Assembly: GCA_047284725.1 (NCBI GenBank)
Contig: JBJBEO010000001.1
Span: 1,176,203 to 1,240,202, forward strand
From: Synechococcus sp.
GTDB taxonomy: Bacteria > Cyanobacteriota > Cyanobacteriia > PCC-6307 > Cyanobiaceae
Length of the DNA: 64,000 nt
Direction: 5' to 3'
Position 1 is the stretch's first letter. Each line of letters begins with the position of its first letter. Below are positions 50,642 to 60,743 of the stretch, piece after piece. The position numbers were made by a program, and so were the translations under genes. The notes under the pieces are model-generated. The model ran no database searches. It saw nothing but the letters and a program-made list of their open reading frames with translations, and had not been told where the DNA came from.

Positions 50642-51156
50642 CCCCTCACCTCAACACCGCTGACGGTTCCGTTCACTCGATAACGAGGACCTTCCAGTTC
50701 CACAGGAGAGCCGATCTTGAGTTTGGTGCCTGCCAGCACGATGCCTGAGCCGGAAACGGTGGCGTCCCCCTGAAGAACGAAACGAGCTTCGAGAATCCCC
50801 TGGCGCAGACGATTGGGATCAGGGGCTTCGATCACCCGTCCATCCGGAAGGAGGGTGGTGACCATGCTGGAGATGTCTTCAATCTCCACAAGCTTCACGG
50901 ATCCAGCTGGTTGGTTCCGAATCACCACGCTGGTGCTGCCGTGCTCAAGAGCATCAGCGATCAGTTGTTGTTTATCGGCGGTGGGGAGTCCACGCACATC
51001 AACGCTGAGGATCACAGGTTTCACGTTGCCCGTAGCCCGCGCCACCGTGTTGCTTAATTTCGGGCTCCAGATCACTCCAGCAAGGGCCACCAAGGCAGCA
51101 GTCCCTGCCAGTCCGTCAAGCCAGGAGAGAGAACGAATCCCTTTGATGCCTGCCAT
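50638..51156 (-). CDS. DUF4330 family protein
   Basis: N-terminal TM, IRNQPAG, PDP, KLKIGSPVELEG. Confidence 0.75.
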   Translation of the reverse strand: MAGIKGIRSLSWLDGLAGTAALVALAGVIWSPKLSNTVARATGNVKPVILSVDVRGLPTADKQQLIADALEHGSTSVVIRNQPAGSVKLVEIEDISSMVTTLLPDGRVIEAPDPNRLRQGILEARFVLQGDATVSGSGIVLAGTKLKIGSPVELEGPRYRVNGTVSGVEVRG

Positions 51157-51218
51157 GAACCGTGTCCGGGAATCGTCAATTTAAGGACGGTCAACTCAAC
51201 TAACAAGCGATCCGTTGC

Positions 51219-51914
51219 TCAGCCCCGGAGGTCGTTGATAAACCGATCCATGGCGCCCACCTGGCGCTTCAGTTCAGAGCCTTCGCCATACAGGGCCGCT
51301 TCCATGGCCTCCGGATCAGGACGGGTTTCATAGCTGTCAACGGCACGGTGTCCATCAGGGTCACGACGAAACACCCACCAGGCATCGGGATACCTGCGTT
51401 GAAGCGCTCCTTCAGCTAACGGTTCCAGCCAGTAAGCCACCTGCCATGTGGCTACAAATCCCTTCCGACGCGTTCGAGCCACATTGCCGATGCCCACCGC
51501 TGCATCCTCGAGGCGACCATTCAGCATGGCGACCGGGCCAGCCCATGCTTCAACGGCAGTTTCAAAGTCGTCGTAATCACTGGGTTGAGGTGCAACCGCC
51601 AGCAGGCAACGATCGCCTTCATCTGCAAAACGTCCCCGTTTGAGGTCCATCAAGGAACAGCAGGCGTCAGCAAGCTCCGGTGCATCCCGTTGTGCCAACG
51701 CCGCCGCACCCGCGTCGGACCATGCGATCAGAGGATCCATTCCCGCTTGTCTCATCCCGGCCACAAACCGGATCACCACGGGCAGCAGCCTGAGTCCTTC
51801 AAACCGCCAGGTCACGGACCATCGCTTTCCTTCTCCCTGACGCAAGGCATCCAGCAAGGACTGCAACGCATCGGCTTCGGCCGCTCGGAGATCCGCGGGG
51901 AGAGTGGCGCTCAC
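51219..51914 (-). CDS. DUF1995 family protein
   Basis: LPADL, DAGAAALA.RD, LNGRLEDAAVGIG, YWLEPL..GAL.R.YP..W. Confidence 0.8.
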   Translation of the reverse strand: MSATLPADLRAAEADALQSLLDALRQGEGKRWSVTWRFEGLRLLPVVIRFVAGMRQAGMDPLIAWSDAGAAALAQRDAPELADACCSLMDLKRGRFADEGDRCLLAVAPQPSDYDDFETAVEAWAGPVAMLNGRLEDAAVGIGNVARTRRKGFVATWQVAYWLEPLAEGALQRRYPDAWWVFRRDPDGHRAVDSYETRPDPEAMEAALYGEGSELKRQVGAMDRFINDLRG

Positions 51915-51958
51915 GTCATCAAGAGAAGTGGTTGGAGGGTAACCCGCCTGCCCGGAGT

Positions 51959-53155
51959 TCAGCTGATGGTTTCACAGGCATCGAGGGCCTGCGTGAGCGC
52001 TTCCACGATCGGTGTCAACTCATGGTCTTGGTTCCAGGGCCCCAGGCTGAGCCTCAGAGCGGCCTTCTGCTGATCCCTCTCATACCCCATCGCTTCGAGA
52101 ACAGCGCTGCCCACATCGTTCCCGGATGAGCAGGCGCTACCGCTGCTGCAGGAGATACCCCTGATGGCCAGTTCCCGAACGAGGTGACGACCCGATAACG
52201 GTGCACCGCTGCGATCCATCGCCACCAGCGAGATGTGGTGAGGAAGGCGGTGTTGTGGTTCCCCTGTGAGCTGCAGCCGAGGATCCGCCAGCATCATGCG
52301 GAGTAGACGATTCCTCAGTTCCATCACAGGGGTCATGATCACGGCTCCGCCGGTTGTGGTTGGTGATGGTTCTCGCCACCTGGGTAGCGCTTCCATGGCT
52401 TGGGCCATTCCAGCCATCAACGCCACTGATTCGGTACCGGCTCTGAGGCCTTGCTCCTGCCCTCCTCCCCCTTGCAGAGAGAGCATCTGGTGACGCAGCT
52501 GATCGCGAACAAGCAGAAAACCTGCCCCCTTCGCTCCACCGAACTTGTGGGCCGATCCGCTCAGCAGATCCACCGGAAGCGTTTGCCAGTCTGGCAACCC
52601 CTGACCTAGCACCTGCGTGGCATCAGTGTGGAAGGCGATTCCACGGGCGCGGCATTGCTTGCCGATCACCTGGATCGGTTGCAGTGTTCCCACTTCGCTC
52701 TGTCCCCAGATCAGCGAAACAAGCCGTGTTGGTGTGGCCAAGAGCTCCTCACAACGCTCCATCTGGATGCGTCCGAAGCGATCAACGGGCCACGTTGTCA
52801 GCTGCCATCCATGACGTTTGAGCTGATGGGCTGCCGCCTTCACCGCTGGATGTTCAACGGCGCTGATCACCAGTCGTCCTGGCGGTAACGCCATCCCCAG
52901 ACCAAGCAAGGCCAGATGCACGGATTCGGTGGCTCCGCTAGTGAAGACAAGCTCCTCGGCGCGGCTGTTCACAGCTGAGGCAATCTGCCAACGCGACCGT
53001 TCCAGGCACTCGGCTGCCGCAAGGCCATGCCGATGGAGGCTGGATGGATTCCCCCAACAACAAGCCTGAACCTCGGCCATCCGTTCGATTACCCCCGGTC
53101 CTGGGGGCGCCGTGGCACACGCGTCAACGTAGATCGCCGTGGCGAGGTCAGTCAC
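51959..53155 (-). CDS. Cysteine desulfurase (IscS/NifS group I)
   Basis: YVDACAT, GNPSSLH, FTSGATES, HTDATQ, SAHKFGG, SSGSACSS; GTG start overlaps the dapF stop. Confidence 0.9.
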   Translation of the reverse strand: MTDLATAIYVDACATAPPGPGVIERMAEVQACCWGNPSSLHRHGLAAAECLERSRWQIASAVNSRAEELVFTSGATESVHLALLGLGMALPPGRLVISAVEHPAVKAAAHQLKRHGWQLTTWPVDRFGRIQMERCEELLATPTRLVSLIWGQSEVGTLQPIQVIGKQCRARGIAFHTDATQVLGQGLPDWQTLPVDLLSGSAHKFGGAKGAGFLLVRDQLRHQMLSLQGGGGQEQGLRAGTESVALMAGMAQAMEALPRWREPSPTTTGGAVIMTPVMELRNRLLRMMLADPRLQLTGEPQHRLPHHISLVAMDRSGAPLSGRHLVRELAIRGISCSSGSACSSGNDVGSAVLEAMGYERDQQKAALRLSLGPWNQDHELTPIVEALTQALDACETIS

Positions 53156-54293
53156 CCAGGCTCTTCTCGATTCTTGAACGGGTGCGTTGCTCGAGGGAAT
53201 CACTCGCCAGATTGATCATCGCGTCCAGTGACATCGACTCCAGCAACGACTGCACCTGCTGTTGTGCCTCACTGCGGAGGCATTGATCCGGTTGTCGACA
53301 ACCGTCCTTGCACGCAGTTGCGCAATCGAAGGATCCATGGCTGTTCGGCAAGGATGCCGTCGTTGGTGTTGATGGCGCGCTGATGACGTGCGGAGGTTCC
53401 GCAGCTTCATCCGCTTCTCCGTCTCCGATGGCGGGCACCAACTCAGGCACCATCACACCATCAAAGACCTGTTCCGCTGGGCCGGTCATGAACACGGATC
53501 CATCCCTGTCTGGCCAGCTGATCAAGAGAGGACCTCCAGGAAGGGTCACCTCGGCGGTGTGATTGCAGAGGTTGAGAAGGTGAGCAGCGACCAACGAGGC
53601 GCAAGCACCGGTGCCGCAGGCCAGTGTTGGTCCAGCTCCCCGTTCCCAGACGCGGATCTCCAGCGAGTTAGGTCCATGCACCTTGAGAAAGTGGACGTTC
53701 GCTTTCGCAGGAAATTCAGCACAGCGCTCCAATGCTGCACCCCAGCTCTCAAAAGGAATCGTCGCCAGATCGTCACAGGGAACGACCGCATGGGGATTGC
53801 CCATGCCAACGGATGCCACTTCAAGGGACTCCCCTGTCACTGTGATCGTTCCTTGCGGCAGTCCCTGATCGCCGACGGCGAGCGTTGTGGGAACACGGTC
53901 GGAGGTGAGCATCGGCAGTCCCATGTCAACCCTGATCTGCCCGTTGGCCTGAAGCTCCGGAATGATCATTCCTGCAGGCGTTTCAATCCGCCACGATCGA
54001 CCGGCGACATCACCATCGCTATCGGCCAGAAAGCGAGCCAGGCAACGAATGCCGTTGCCGCACATTTCCGCCTCGCTGCCATCGGCATTGAAGATGCGCA
54101 TGCGTAATTCACCGTCGGCCTGAGCAGGCAAAGCCAGGATGATTCCGTCACCGCCCACTCCGAAACGACGATCACAGATCCTCCGCACCCACTCAGGATC
54201 TGGCGAAGTAATGGCTTTGGGGAGCTGTCCGTCTCTCCCTTCGATTAAGACGAAATCGTTGCCAAGGCCTTGATATTTGCTGAACTGCAGCAT
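53148..54293 (-). CDS. dapF: Diaminopimelate epimerase with C-terminal Cys-rich extension
   Basis: FSKYQGLGNDF, EMCGNGIRC, GNPH, ERGAG.TLACGTGAC. Confidence 0.95.
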   Translation of the reverse strand: MLQFSKYQGLGNDFVLIEGRDGQLPKAITSPDPEWVRRICDRRFGVGGDGIILALPAQADGELRMRIFNADGSEAEMCGNGIRCLARFLADSDGDVAGRSWRIETPAGMIIPELQANGQIRVDMGLPMLTSDRVPTTLAVGDQGLPQGTITVTGESLEVASVGMGNPHAVVPCDDLATIPFESWGAALERCAEFPAKANVHFLKVHGPNSLEIRVWERGAGPTLACGTGACASLVAAHLLNLCNHTAEVTLPGGPLLISWPDRDGSVFMTGPAEQVFDGVMVPELVPAIGDGEADEAAEPPHVISAPSTPTTASLPNSHGSFDCATACKDGCRQPDQCLRSEAQQQVQSLLESMSLDAMINLASDSLEQRTRSRIEKSLGD

Positions 54294-54319
54294 GGAGTTC
54301 TTCGCGACCAACGTTTCGA

Positions 54320-54541
54320 ATGGATCACACCAGTTTCGACCCCAGTCTGCCGGGTGTGCGTCAGTTGCAGGCGTGGACCCGTGATCAGAGGGTTTTGCGT
54401 TTCGAACTTCCCGATGGCAGCAGCCATGAGGGTGTTCTGCAATGGCAGGACCCAGAGTTTCTCGCCATCAGGCGATCCGACGCTGTCGATCCGATCCTGA
54501 TCAATCGAAAGGCGATCATGCTGATCCGTCCCTTGGGCTGA
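54320..54541 (+). CDS. hfq: Cyanobacterial Hfq (Sm-like) protein
   Basis: FD.SLPGVRQLQ, G.LQWQD, LINRKAI..I.P; dapF-hfq-leuS arrangement. Confidence 0.85.
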   Translation: MDHTSFDPSLPGVRQLQAWTRDQRVLRFELPDGSSHEGVLQWQDPEFLAIRRSDAVDPILINRKAIMLIRPLG

Positions 54542-54599
54542 TCGACCGGTCTCACCTGTTGGTGATCTCGGCTGTGGGACGATCTCCTCCAGGTGAACC

Positions 54600-57257
54600 A
54601 TGCCTGTGAGCTCCGCGTCGTCATCCCCCCAGCCTGAATCCGGTAATGCAGCTCGCCGCTATGACCCCTTAGAGATCGAGCAACGGTGGCAAACCCACTG
54701 GCAAACCCTGGATCTCGACAGCACACCGGAGCCCTCAGAGGGGCAGGAAGCGTTTTATGCCCTGTCGATGTTCCCGTATCCATCGGGCAGTCTGCACATG
54801 GGTCATGTGCGGAATTATGTGATTACCGACGTCATTGCCAGAGCTCAGCGGATGCGTGGTGATGCTGTGCTTCACCCGATGGGCTGGGATGCATTCGGAC
54901 TGCCCGCCGAAAATGCGGCGATCGAACGGGGCATTGATCCAGCGGTCTGGACTGATCGCAATATTGCCCAGATGAAGGATCAGTTGGCTCGACTTGGTCT
55001 CTCCATCGACTGGACTCGAGAGCAGGCCACCTGTCATGCGGATTACTACCGGTGGACCCAGTGGTTGTTCCTCGAATTGCACGAAGGAGGCCTCGCTTAT
55101 CAAAAAGAAGCCCAGGTCAACTGGGATCCAATCGATCAGACCGTTCTTGCCAACGAGCAGGTTGATGCCGATGGAAAATCGTGGCGCTCCGGTGCTGTTG
55201 TTGAAAAGCGTTTGTTGCGTCAGTGGTTTCTCAAGATCACCGACTACGCCGATGCTCTCCTGGATGACCTGAAGCTCCTGAACGGGTGGCCAGAACGGGT
55301 TCGCACCATGCAGGCCAATTGGATCGGCCGTTCGCAGGGAGCGGAGATCACCTTTGCCCTCAACGGTTCATCAACATCACCACCCAAGGATTCAGCTGCT
55401 GTCACGGTCTTCACCACCCGTCCCGACACTCTTTTTGGTGCGAGTTATGTGGTTCTTGCACCAGAGCATCCTCTCGTGGACGCCATCACAAGTCCCGACC
55501 ATCGCGACCAGGTGACTGCGTTCCGTGACTTGATGTCTGGCCTGAGTATTGAGGAGCGAACTGCCGAGGATCAGCCCAAACGCGGTATTCCCATTGGCGC
55601 TGAAGTGATCAATCCCGTGAATGGGGAAACACTCCCTGTCTGGATAGCGGATTACGTCTTGGCCGACTATGGCACCGGTGCCGTGATGGGTGTCCCCGCT
55701 CATGATCAACGCGACTTCCTCTTCGCACGGCGGCATGAACTGCCCCTGCGCGTCGTCATTCAGGTCCCCGGAGCTGACGAGCATCTCAATGACGGTCAGG
55801 CCTGGACGGAACCTGGTGTGTTGATTCATTCAGGTGATTTCAATGGCCTGTCTTCGAATCAGGCCAAGAAGGCAATCACGGCCAGGGGCGAAGCGGAGGG
55901 TTGGGCCAACTCCAAGGTTCAGTACAGACTTCGCGACTGGCTGATCTCCCGTCAGCGCTACTGGGGTTGTCCAATCCCGATCATTCACTGCGATACCTGT
56001 GGCCCCGTTCCCGTGCCACGGGACGAGCTGCCAGTCAGTCTCCCCAGGGATGTGGATCTCTCCGGTCGTGGCGCCTCTCCCCTGGCTCAGCTTGATGAGT
56101 GGGTCAACGTGCCCTGCCCCAGGTGTGGCAAGCCGGCCAAAAGGGAGACCGACACGATGGATACCTTCATGTGTTCCTCCTGGTATTTCCTCCGCTTTGC
56201 AGACCCTCACAACACCTGCACACCCTTTACCGCAGAAGCGATCGATCGTTGGCTCCCGGTGAAGCAATACGTGGGTGGCATTGAACACGCCATCCTTCAT
56301 CTTCTTTATGCCCGCTTCTTCACCAAGGCTCTCCGTGATCGTGGCCTGCTCGGCATTGATGAGCCGTTTGATCGCTTGCTGACGCAAGGCATGGTTCAAG
56401 GGGTCACCTACCGCAATCCTCGAACGGGTCGGTATGTGTCACCAGCTCTGATAAGTGATGAGGGGGATCCGAGAGATCCTGAAGATGGTGGTGTGTTGGA
56501 GGTTTTGTTCGAAAAAATGTCCAAATCCAAGCACAATGGTGTGGCTCCAGCTGATGTGATCGATCGCTACGGAGCTGACACAGCAAGAATGTTCATCCTT
56601 TTCAAAGCACCACCCGAAAAGGACCTGGAGTGGGATGACGCTGATGTGGAAGGACAATTCCGATTTCTCCAACGCCTCTGGCGATTGGTTGAATCAGTTG
56701 CCAGAGAGTGTCCTTCTCAGGTGAACCTTGCAGGCAAGACCATCTTCTCCATCTCCAATCAACTAACTGACGTTGACAAGAAGATTCGTCGCGCTGTGCA
56801 TACTGCGATCGCTGAGGTCAGTGATGATTTAAGCGGTGATTTCCAGTTCAATACAGCAATCTCTGAACTGATGAAACTGTCGAATGCTCTCAATGGCACA
56901 CTTGAAGACATTGATGCAACGGTCAGAGATGAAGCGGTATCTGTTTTGATCCGTCTTCTGGCTCCCTTCGCTCCTCATCTCGCCGAAGAGTTCTGGCACC
57001 GCCTCCATGGGGAAGGCAGCATTCACCGTCAGCCATGGCCTCAACAGGATCCTTCCGCTTTGGTTCAGGACAGCATTGAAGTGGTGATTCAGGTGAAAGG
57101 TAAGGTCAGGGGCAGTCTTCAAGCCCCTGCCGACGCTGACAAGGCCATGCTTGAAGCCCTTGCTCTCAGCAGTGAAGTTGCTGCCAAGTGGCTCGAAGGT
57201 CAACCTCCCAAACGGGTGATTGTCGTTCCTGGAAAACTGGTGAATCTTGTGCCCTGA
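54600..57257 (+). CDS. leuS: Leucine--tRNA ligase
   Basis: [34 protein letters not shown]. Confidence 0.97.
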   Translation: MPVSSASSSPQPESGNAARRYDPLEIEQRWQTHWQTLDLDSTPEPSEGQEAFYALSMFPYPSGSLHMGHVRNYVITDVIARAQRMRGDAVLHPMGWDAFGLPAENAAIERGIDPAVWTDRNIAQMKDQLARLGLSIDWTREQATCHADYYRWTQWLFLELHEGGLAYQKEAQVNWDPIDQTVLANEQVDADGKSWRSGAVVEKRLLRQWFLKITDYADALLDDLKLLNGWPERVRTMQANWIGRSQGAEITFALNGSSTSPPKDSAAVTVFTTRPDTLFGASYVVLAPEHPLVDAITSPDHRDQVTAFRDLMSGLSIEERTAEDQPKRGIPIGAEVINPVNGETLPVWIADYVLADYGTGAVMGVPAHDQRDFLFARRHELPLRVVIQVPGADEHLNDGQAWTEPGVLIHSGDFNGLSSNQAKKAITARGEAEGWANSKVQYRLRDWLISRQRYWGCPIPIIHCDTCGPVPVPRDELPVSLPRDVDLSGRGASPLAQLDEWVNVPCPRCGKPAKRETDTMDTFMCSSWYFLRFADPHNTCTPFTAEAIDRWLPVKQYVGGIEHAILHLLYARFFTKALRDRGLLGIDEPFDRLLTQGMVQGVTYRNPRTGRYVSPALISDEGDPRDPEDGGVLEVLFEKMSKSKHNGVAPADVIDRYGADTARMFILFKAPPEKDLEWDDADVEGQFRFLQRLWRLVESVARECPSQVNLAGKTIFSISNQLTDVDKKIRRAVHTAIAEVSDDLSGDFQFNTAISELMKLSNALNGTLEDIDATVRDEAVSVLIRLLAPFAPHLAEEFWHRLHGEGSIHRQPWPQQDPSALVQDSIEVVIQVKGKVRGSLQAPADADKAMLEALALSSEVAAKWLEGQPPKRVIVVPGKLVNLVP

Positions 57258-57265
57258 TCACAGTT

Positions 57266-57301
57266 CCATCGCCACCTCCGATCTTTCGGAAGTGGCGATG
57301 G
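57266..57301. terminator. Long hairpin between convergent leuS and pgi (terminator or stability element)
   Basis: CCATCGCCAC-C-TCCGA-TCTT-TCGGA-A-GTGGCGATGG; no U-tract. Confidence 0.6.
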
Positions 57302-57306
57302 CTGAG

Positions 57307-58905
57307 TCACAGTTTGCTGAAACGAAGCGAGGCGGGCTGTTCCCAGCTCCCCTGAGCCATGTAACCGCGGTCATTCCCACACAGGTGGCGAAGAATCCAG
57401 AACACTGACTCCACCGTTCCTTCGCCAATGGCGGATTGGACCTCAATCACCGACCGGGGTTGGCGATCGGCTAAGACAGACTCGACTTTTCCCTGAAGAT
57501 CGAGAATCGCTGCTGCCGCCTTCTTGCCAGCCTCCACACCTGGCTGGTGGTAAGCATTCACGTCAATAATCTCGCCGTAGAGACCCACTGCACGCTCGAA
57601 CAGGGCCACCAAGGCACCAAGCCGCCGGGCATCGAACTCACGCATGCTGATGCTGATGCTTTGGCGTCCGCCCTCCGTCAGGGCCGAACGGGTTCCCTGC
57701 AGAAAACCATCAAGAAAGTCACCGGGTCGTTCACCATTGATCGGCGGGATGTCGTCGCTGTCGCGTAAGGCTTCAATGAAGGTGATAAAGAAATTGTCAA
57801 CGCCATCACGGAGTTGTTGAACATAGGCGTGTTGATCGGTCGAGCCTTTATTGCCGTAGACCGCAATTCCCTGGTGAACAACATTGCCTTGTCGATCAAG
57901 GCGTTTTCCTAAGGATTCCATCACCAATTGCTGGAGATAACGGCTGAAGACTTCAAGCCTGTCCCTGTAGGGAAGCACCACCATGTCGCGCTTGCCACAC
58001 CCGTCTCCGGCGACGAACCAGGAGGCAGCCATCAACGCCGCAGGATTACGCATCAGGTCGGCGACACGCGTGGCGTCGTCCATCTGTGCTGCCCCGGCAA
58101 GAAACTCCCTGATCGGAGTCCCGATCAAGGCACCAGGGACCAGGCCAACGGCGCTGCTGATGCTGGTGCGACCACCAACCCAATCGAACATGTCGAAGCG
58201 CTTGAGCCAGCCTTCATCGGCGGCGAGCTGATCCAGCTTGCTGTTGGCCATGGTGATGGCGACAGCCTGGTCAGCCCAGGATCCCCCTGATGCTTCCACC
58301 CTTGCCCGTGCCTGCACCATGCCCAGGTAGGGCTCCGGAGTTCCTCCGGATTTACTCACGGTGATCACCAGCGTGGTGGGAAGCGCATCCCCCAGGCCAG
58401 CCAAGACACGGCTCATGCCGTTGGGGTCAACGTTGTCGAAGAAGTGGAAGGGCAGACCCGTTCCGGCATCCTGCAGAGCGCGAATCATCAGCAATGGGCC
58501 GAGGCCGCTGCCTCCGATCCCAATCCACAACACGTCGGTGAAGGCCTGACCGTTGGGAGCTTTGATGTCGCCGCTGAGAATCGCCTGCCCGAAGGATTCG
58601 ATTGCATCGACTTCGGCAGCGATGTGGGCCTGCACCGAAGCGTCTGGCGCGAGCTGCGCATTCCGCAACCAGTAATGACCCACCTGGCGCTGTTCATCTG
58701 CATTGGCGATAGCGCCCGACTCAAGATCAGCCATGGCTGTGAACGCCTGCTGAAATTTCGGCTTTAGAGAGTCAAGGTCAGAATCGTTGACGTGCATGCG
58801 GCTGATGTCAAGCCACATGCCAAGATCGTCATGAAACCAGAGCAGTTCGCAGAAGCGCTGCCATTGAACCTGAGGGTCATTAGCGCTGAAATCTGGGAAG
58901 CTCAT
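57307..58905 (-). CDS. pgi: Glucose-6-phosphate isomerase
   Basis: IGIGGSGLGP, SKSGGT, VGGRTS, QQLVMESLGK, QPGVEAGK. Confidence 0.96.
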   Translation of the reverse strand: MSFPDFSANDPQVQWQRFCELLWFHDDLGMWLDISRMHVNDSDLDSLKPKFQQAFTAMADLESGAIANADEQRQVGHYWLRNAQLAPDASVQAHIAAEVDAIESFGQAILSGDIKAPNGQAFTDVLWIGIGGSGLGPLLMIRALQDAGTGLPFHFFDNVDPNGMSRVLAGLGDALPTTLVITVSKSGGTPEPYLGMVQARARVEASGGSWADQAVAITMANSKLDQLAADEGWLKRFDMFDWVGGRTSISSAVGLVPGALIGTPIREFLAGAAQMDDATRVADLMRNPAALMAASWFVAGDGCGKRDMVVLPYRDRLEVFSRYLQQLVMESLGKRLDRQGNVVHQGIAVYGNKGSTDQHAYVQQLRDGVDNFFITFIEALRDSDDIPPINGERPGDFLDGFLQGTRSALTEGGRQSISISMREFDARRLGALVALFERAVGLYGEIIDVNAYHQPGVEAGKKAAAAILDLQGKVESVLADRQPRSVIEVQSAIGEGTVESVFWILRHLCGNDRGYMAQGSWEQPASLRFSKL

Positions 58906-59013
58906 CGCTTGGGTTCATGGACGCTCACCTGATGAAGGTATCTTTAGATTTCTCAGAATGACTGTTTTGTGCGACAGCACCATTAGCGTCTGTTCATCGC
59001 CCCATCGGTCTCG

Positions 59014-59820
59014 GTGATCCCTTTTCTTTCAAGAACACGGGTACTCGCCACCTTCGCCGTTGCCCTGGGTGTGGTTGCTGCTTTTCGATCGCTGCTGACT
59101 CCGGTTCCGATTGGGCACGTGATCGATGCTCAGGTGGCGTTGGAAGCCGAGGTGGATTCCACCTGGCAGGCCCATGGTGACCCTTCCGACTTTTCCGCAG
59201 AGGAGCTCCAGACCCTTCAGCAACGTTTTGGTGTCCATGGGCCCCAGACACCTCTTGCTCAGCTGTTCACTGAGGGGGTCGATCAGTTTGAACCGTTGCG
59301 CTCATTGACGTTGAACCGGTTGACTGAATTGAAGCCAGTGATTTTGCGTCAGTCACAACAGCACCACGTCAACCCGATGCTGTTGGCAGGCATTCTTTAT
59401 GACGAACTCCAGCATTCAAAACCTGGTGAAGGCTTGCCCTTTGTTGCCCATTCAGGATTGATTTCAACCCATGGCCCTGCTCAGTTGGGCATCAGTGAAC
59501 TGATCCATCAAGGTCGCCTTCCTTCGAATCCCACCCACGATCAGGTCGCAGATGCCCGTGATCTTTTATTGGACCCGAGCGAAAACGTCGCTTTGCTTGC
59601 CGGAAAGTTGAGTCGATTGAAGCGAGCGCTGCAACTCCCTCCCACCGCGATGCTCAACGCCAGTGCGTCCTACGCAGATGCCAAGGCGATCGCCACCCTT
59701 GCCTATCTCCACAACGGCAAGTTGGACTATCCCGCTCGAATCCTTCGTTACATGCAGGATCCGGCTCTGCATGGACTGATTTATTCCACAAACGTCAAGT
59801 CCGATCAACGGGCGATCTGA
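59014..59820 (+). CDS. Membrane-anchored hypothetical protein with lysozyme/SLT-like motifs
   Basis: N-terminal TM; VNPMLLAGILYDE, GPAQL, LLDPSENV, LAYLHNG..DY..RI. Confidence 0.7.
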   Translation: MIPFLSRTRVLATFAVALGVVAAFRSLLTPVPIGHVIDAQVALEAEVDSTWQAHGDPSDFSAEELQTLQQRFGVHGPQTPLAQLFTEGVDQFEPLRSLTLNRLTELKPVILRQSQQHHVNPMLLAGILYDELQHSKPGEGLPFVAHSGLISTHGPAQLGISELIHQGRLPSNPTHDQVADARDLLLDPSENVALLAGKLSRLKRALQLPPTAMLNASASYADAKAIATLAYLHNGKLDYPARILRYMQDPALHGLIYSTNVKSDQRAI

Positions 59821-60743
59821 TCGCCGCAAAGTCGTTGTAGCGATGCCAGCCTCTTCTGCAGTTCTGGCCAGGAAAAACTGCGCGGATCACCCCTCTCCCC
59901 TCCGAGATCCACATGCTCGTGGGTGGTAATGGCTTCTGCGGTCATCCCGAAGGTCTCCATCCAGTCACTGAGCACAACGGCAAGGGCGTCGTACTGCGCG
60001 TCTGTGTATCCAGAATGGGAACGTCCACCCATGTATCCATCGGGCGGTGTCTCCAAACTGAGATGGAGAGCAAAGTTGTTCACTGATCCCAGCAGTTCCG
60101 GGTTGGTGACGGCCCATTCCCCCAGGAAGGCTGAGTAACCAGCCCCATAGGCTCGATGCAGTGGGTCCACCACATCGACGACCCGACCATCTCGTCCGAT
60201 CAGGGTGTGGTAACTCACTTGATCACTGTCATTGGCGTGAGGAGTGAGGAATGTGTTGATGGCAGACGTGAGTGAGTTGGAGGTTTCATGAAGGACGACG
60301 ACGCGAGGCATCGGATTGATCGCCTGATCCCAAGGATCTTTGCGGTATCGCTTGCCATAGTTGCTGGCATCAATGGCGATTGATTCTCGATTCTTGCTGA
60401 TCTGCCTGCTTAACGACTGAAGATGCGTAGCCAGATTCTTATCCAGGTTGTTGCATTGCCGTTGAAGAGGGGATCGCCAACCAGTGGCTTTTGGTGGGCT
60501 TGGCCGTTGTGATGACGAACCCTCCTTCAGCTTTCTCGGACTGGCACTTGTGACTTCATTCAGCAACTCCCGCAGGGAAGGTTGAGCCTTCGCCTGTTGT
60601 TTACCACCATCTCCAGAACCCAGCCAGACTGCTCCGCTGAGGCTGAGCAAGACTCCGAAGCAGCCGACCGCCACGATCCCAGAGCGACGATCCAGACGGT
60701 GACGTAGACCGCTGAAGCGAGTTTTCAGACGATTTCGAACCAT
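59805..60743 (-). CDS. N-acetylmuramoyl-L-alanine amidase (Amidase_2)
   Basis: VVLHET, VSYH.LI..DG, RAYGAG, LHLSLE, QYDAL, TTHE, DP. Confidence 0.88.
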   Translation of the reverse strand: MVRNRLKTRFSGLRHRLDRRSGIVAVGCFGVLLSLSGAVWLGSGDGGKQQAKAQPSLRELLNEVTSASPRKLKEGSSSQRPSPPKATGWRSPLQRQCNNLDKNLATHLQSLSRQISKNRESIAIDASNYGKRYRKDPWDQAINPMPRVVVLHETSNSLTSAINTFLTPHANDSDQVSYHTLIGRDGRVVDVVDPLHRAYGAGYSAFLGEWAVTNPELLGSVNNFALHLSLETPPDGYMGGRSHSGYTDAQYDALAVVLSDWMETFGMTAEAITTHEHVDLGGERGDPRSFSWPELQKRLASLQRLCGDQIAR

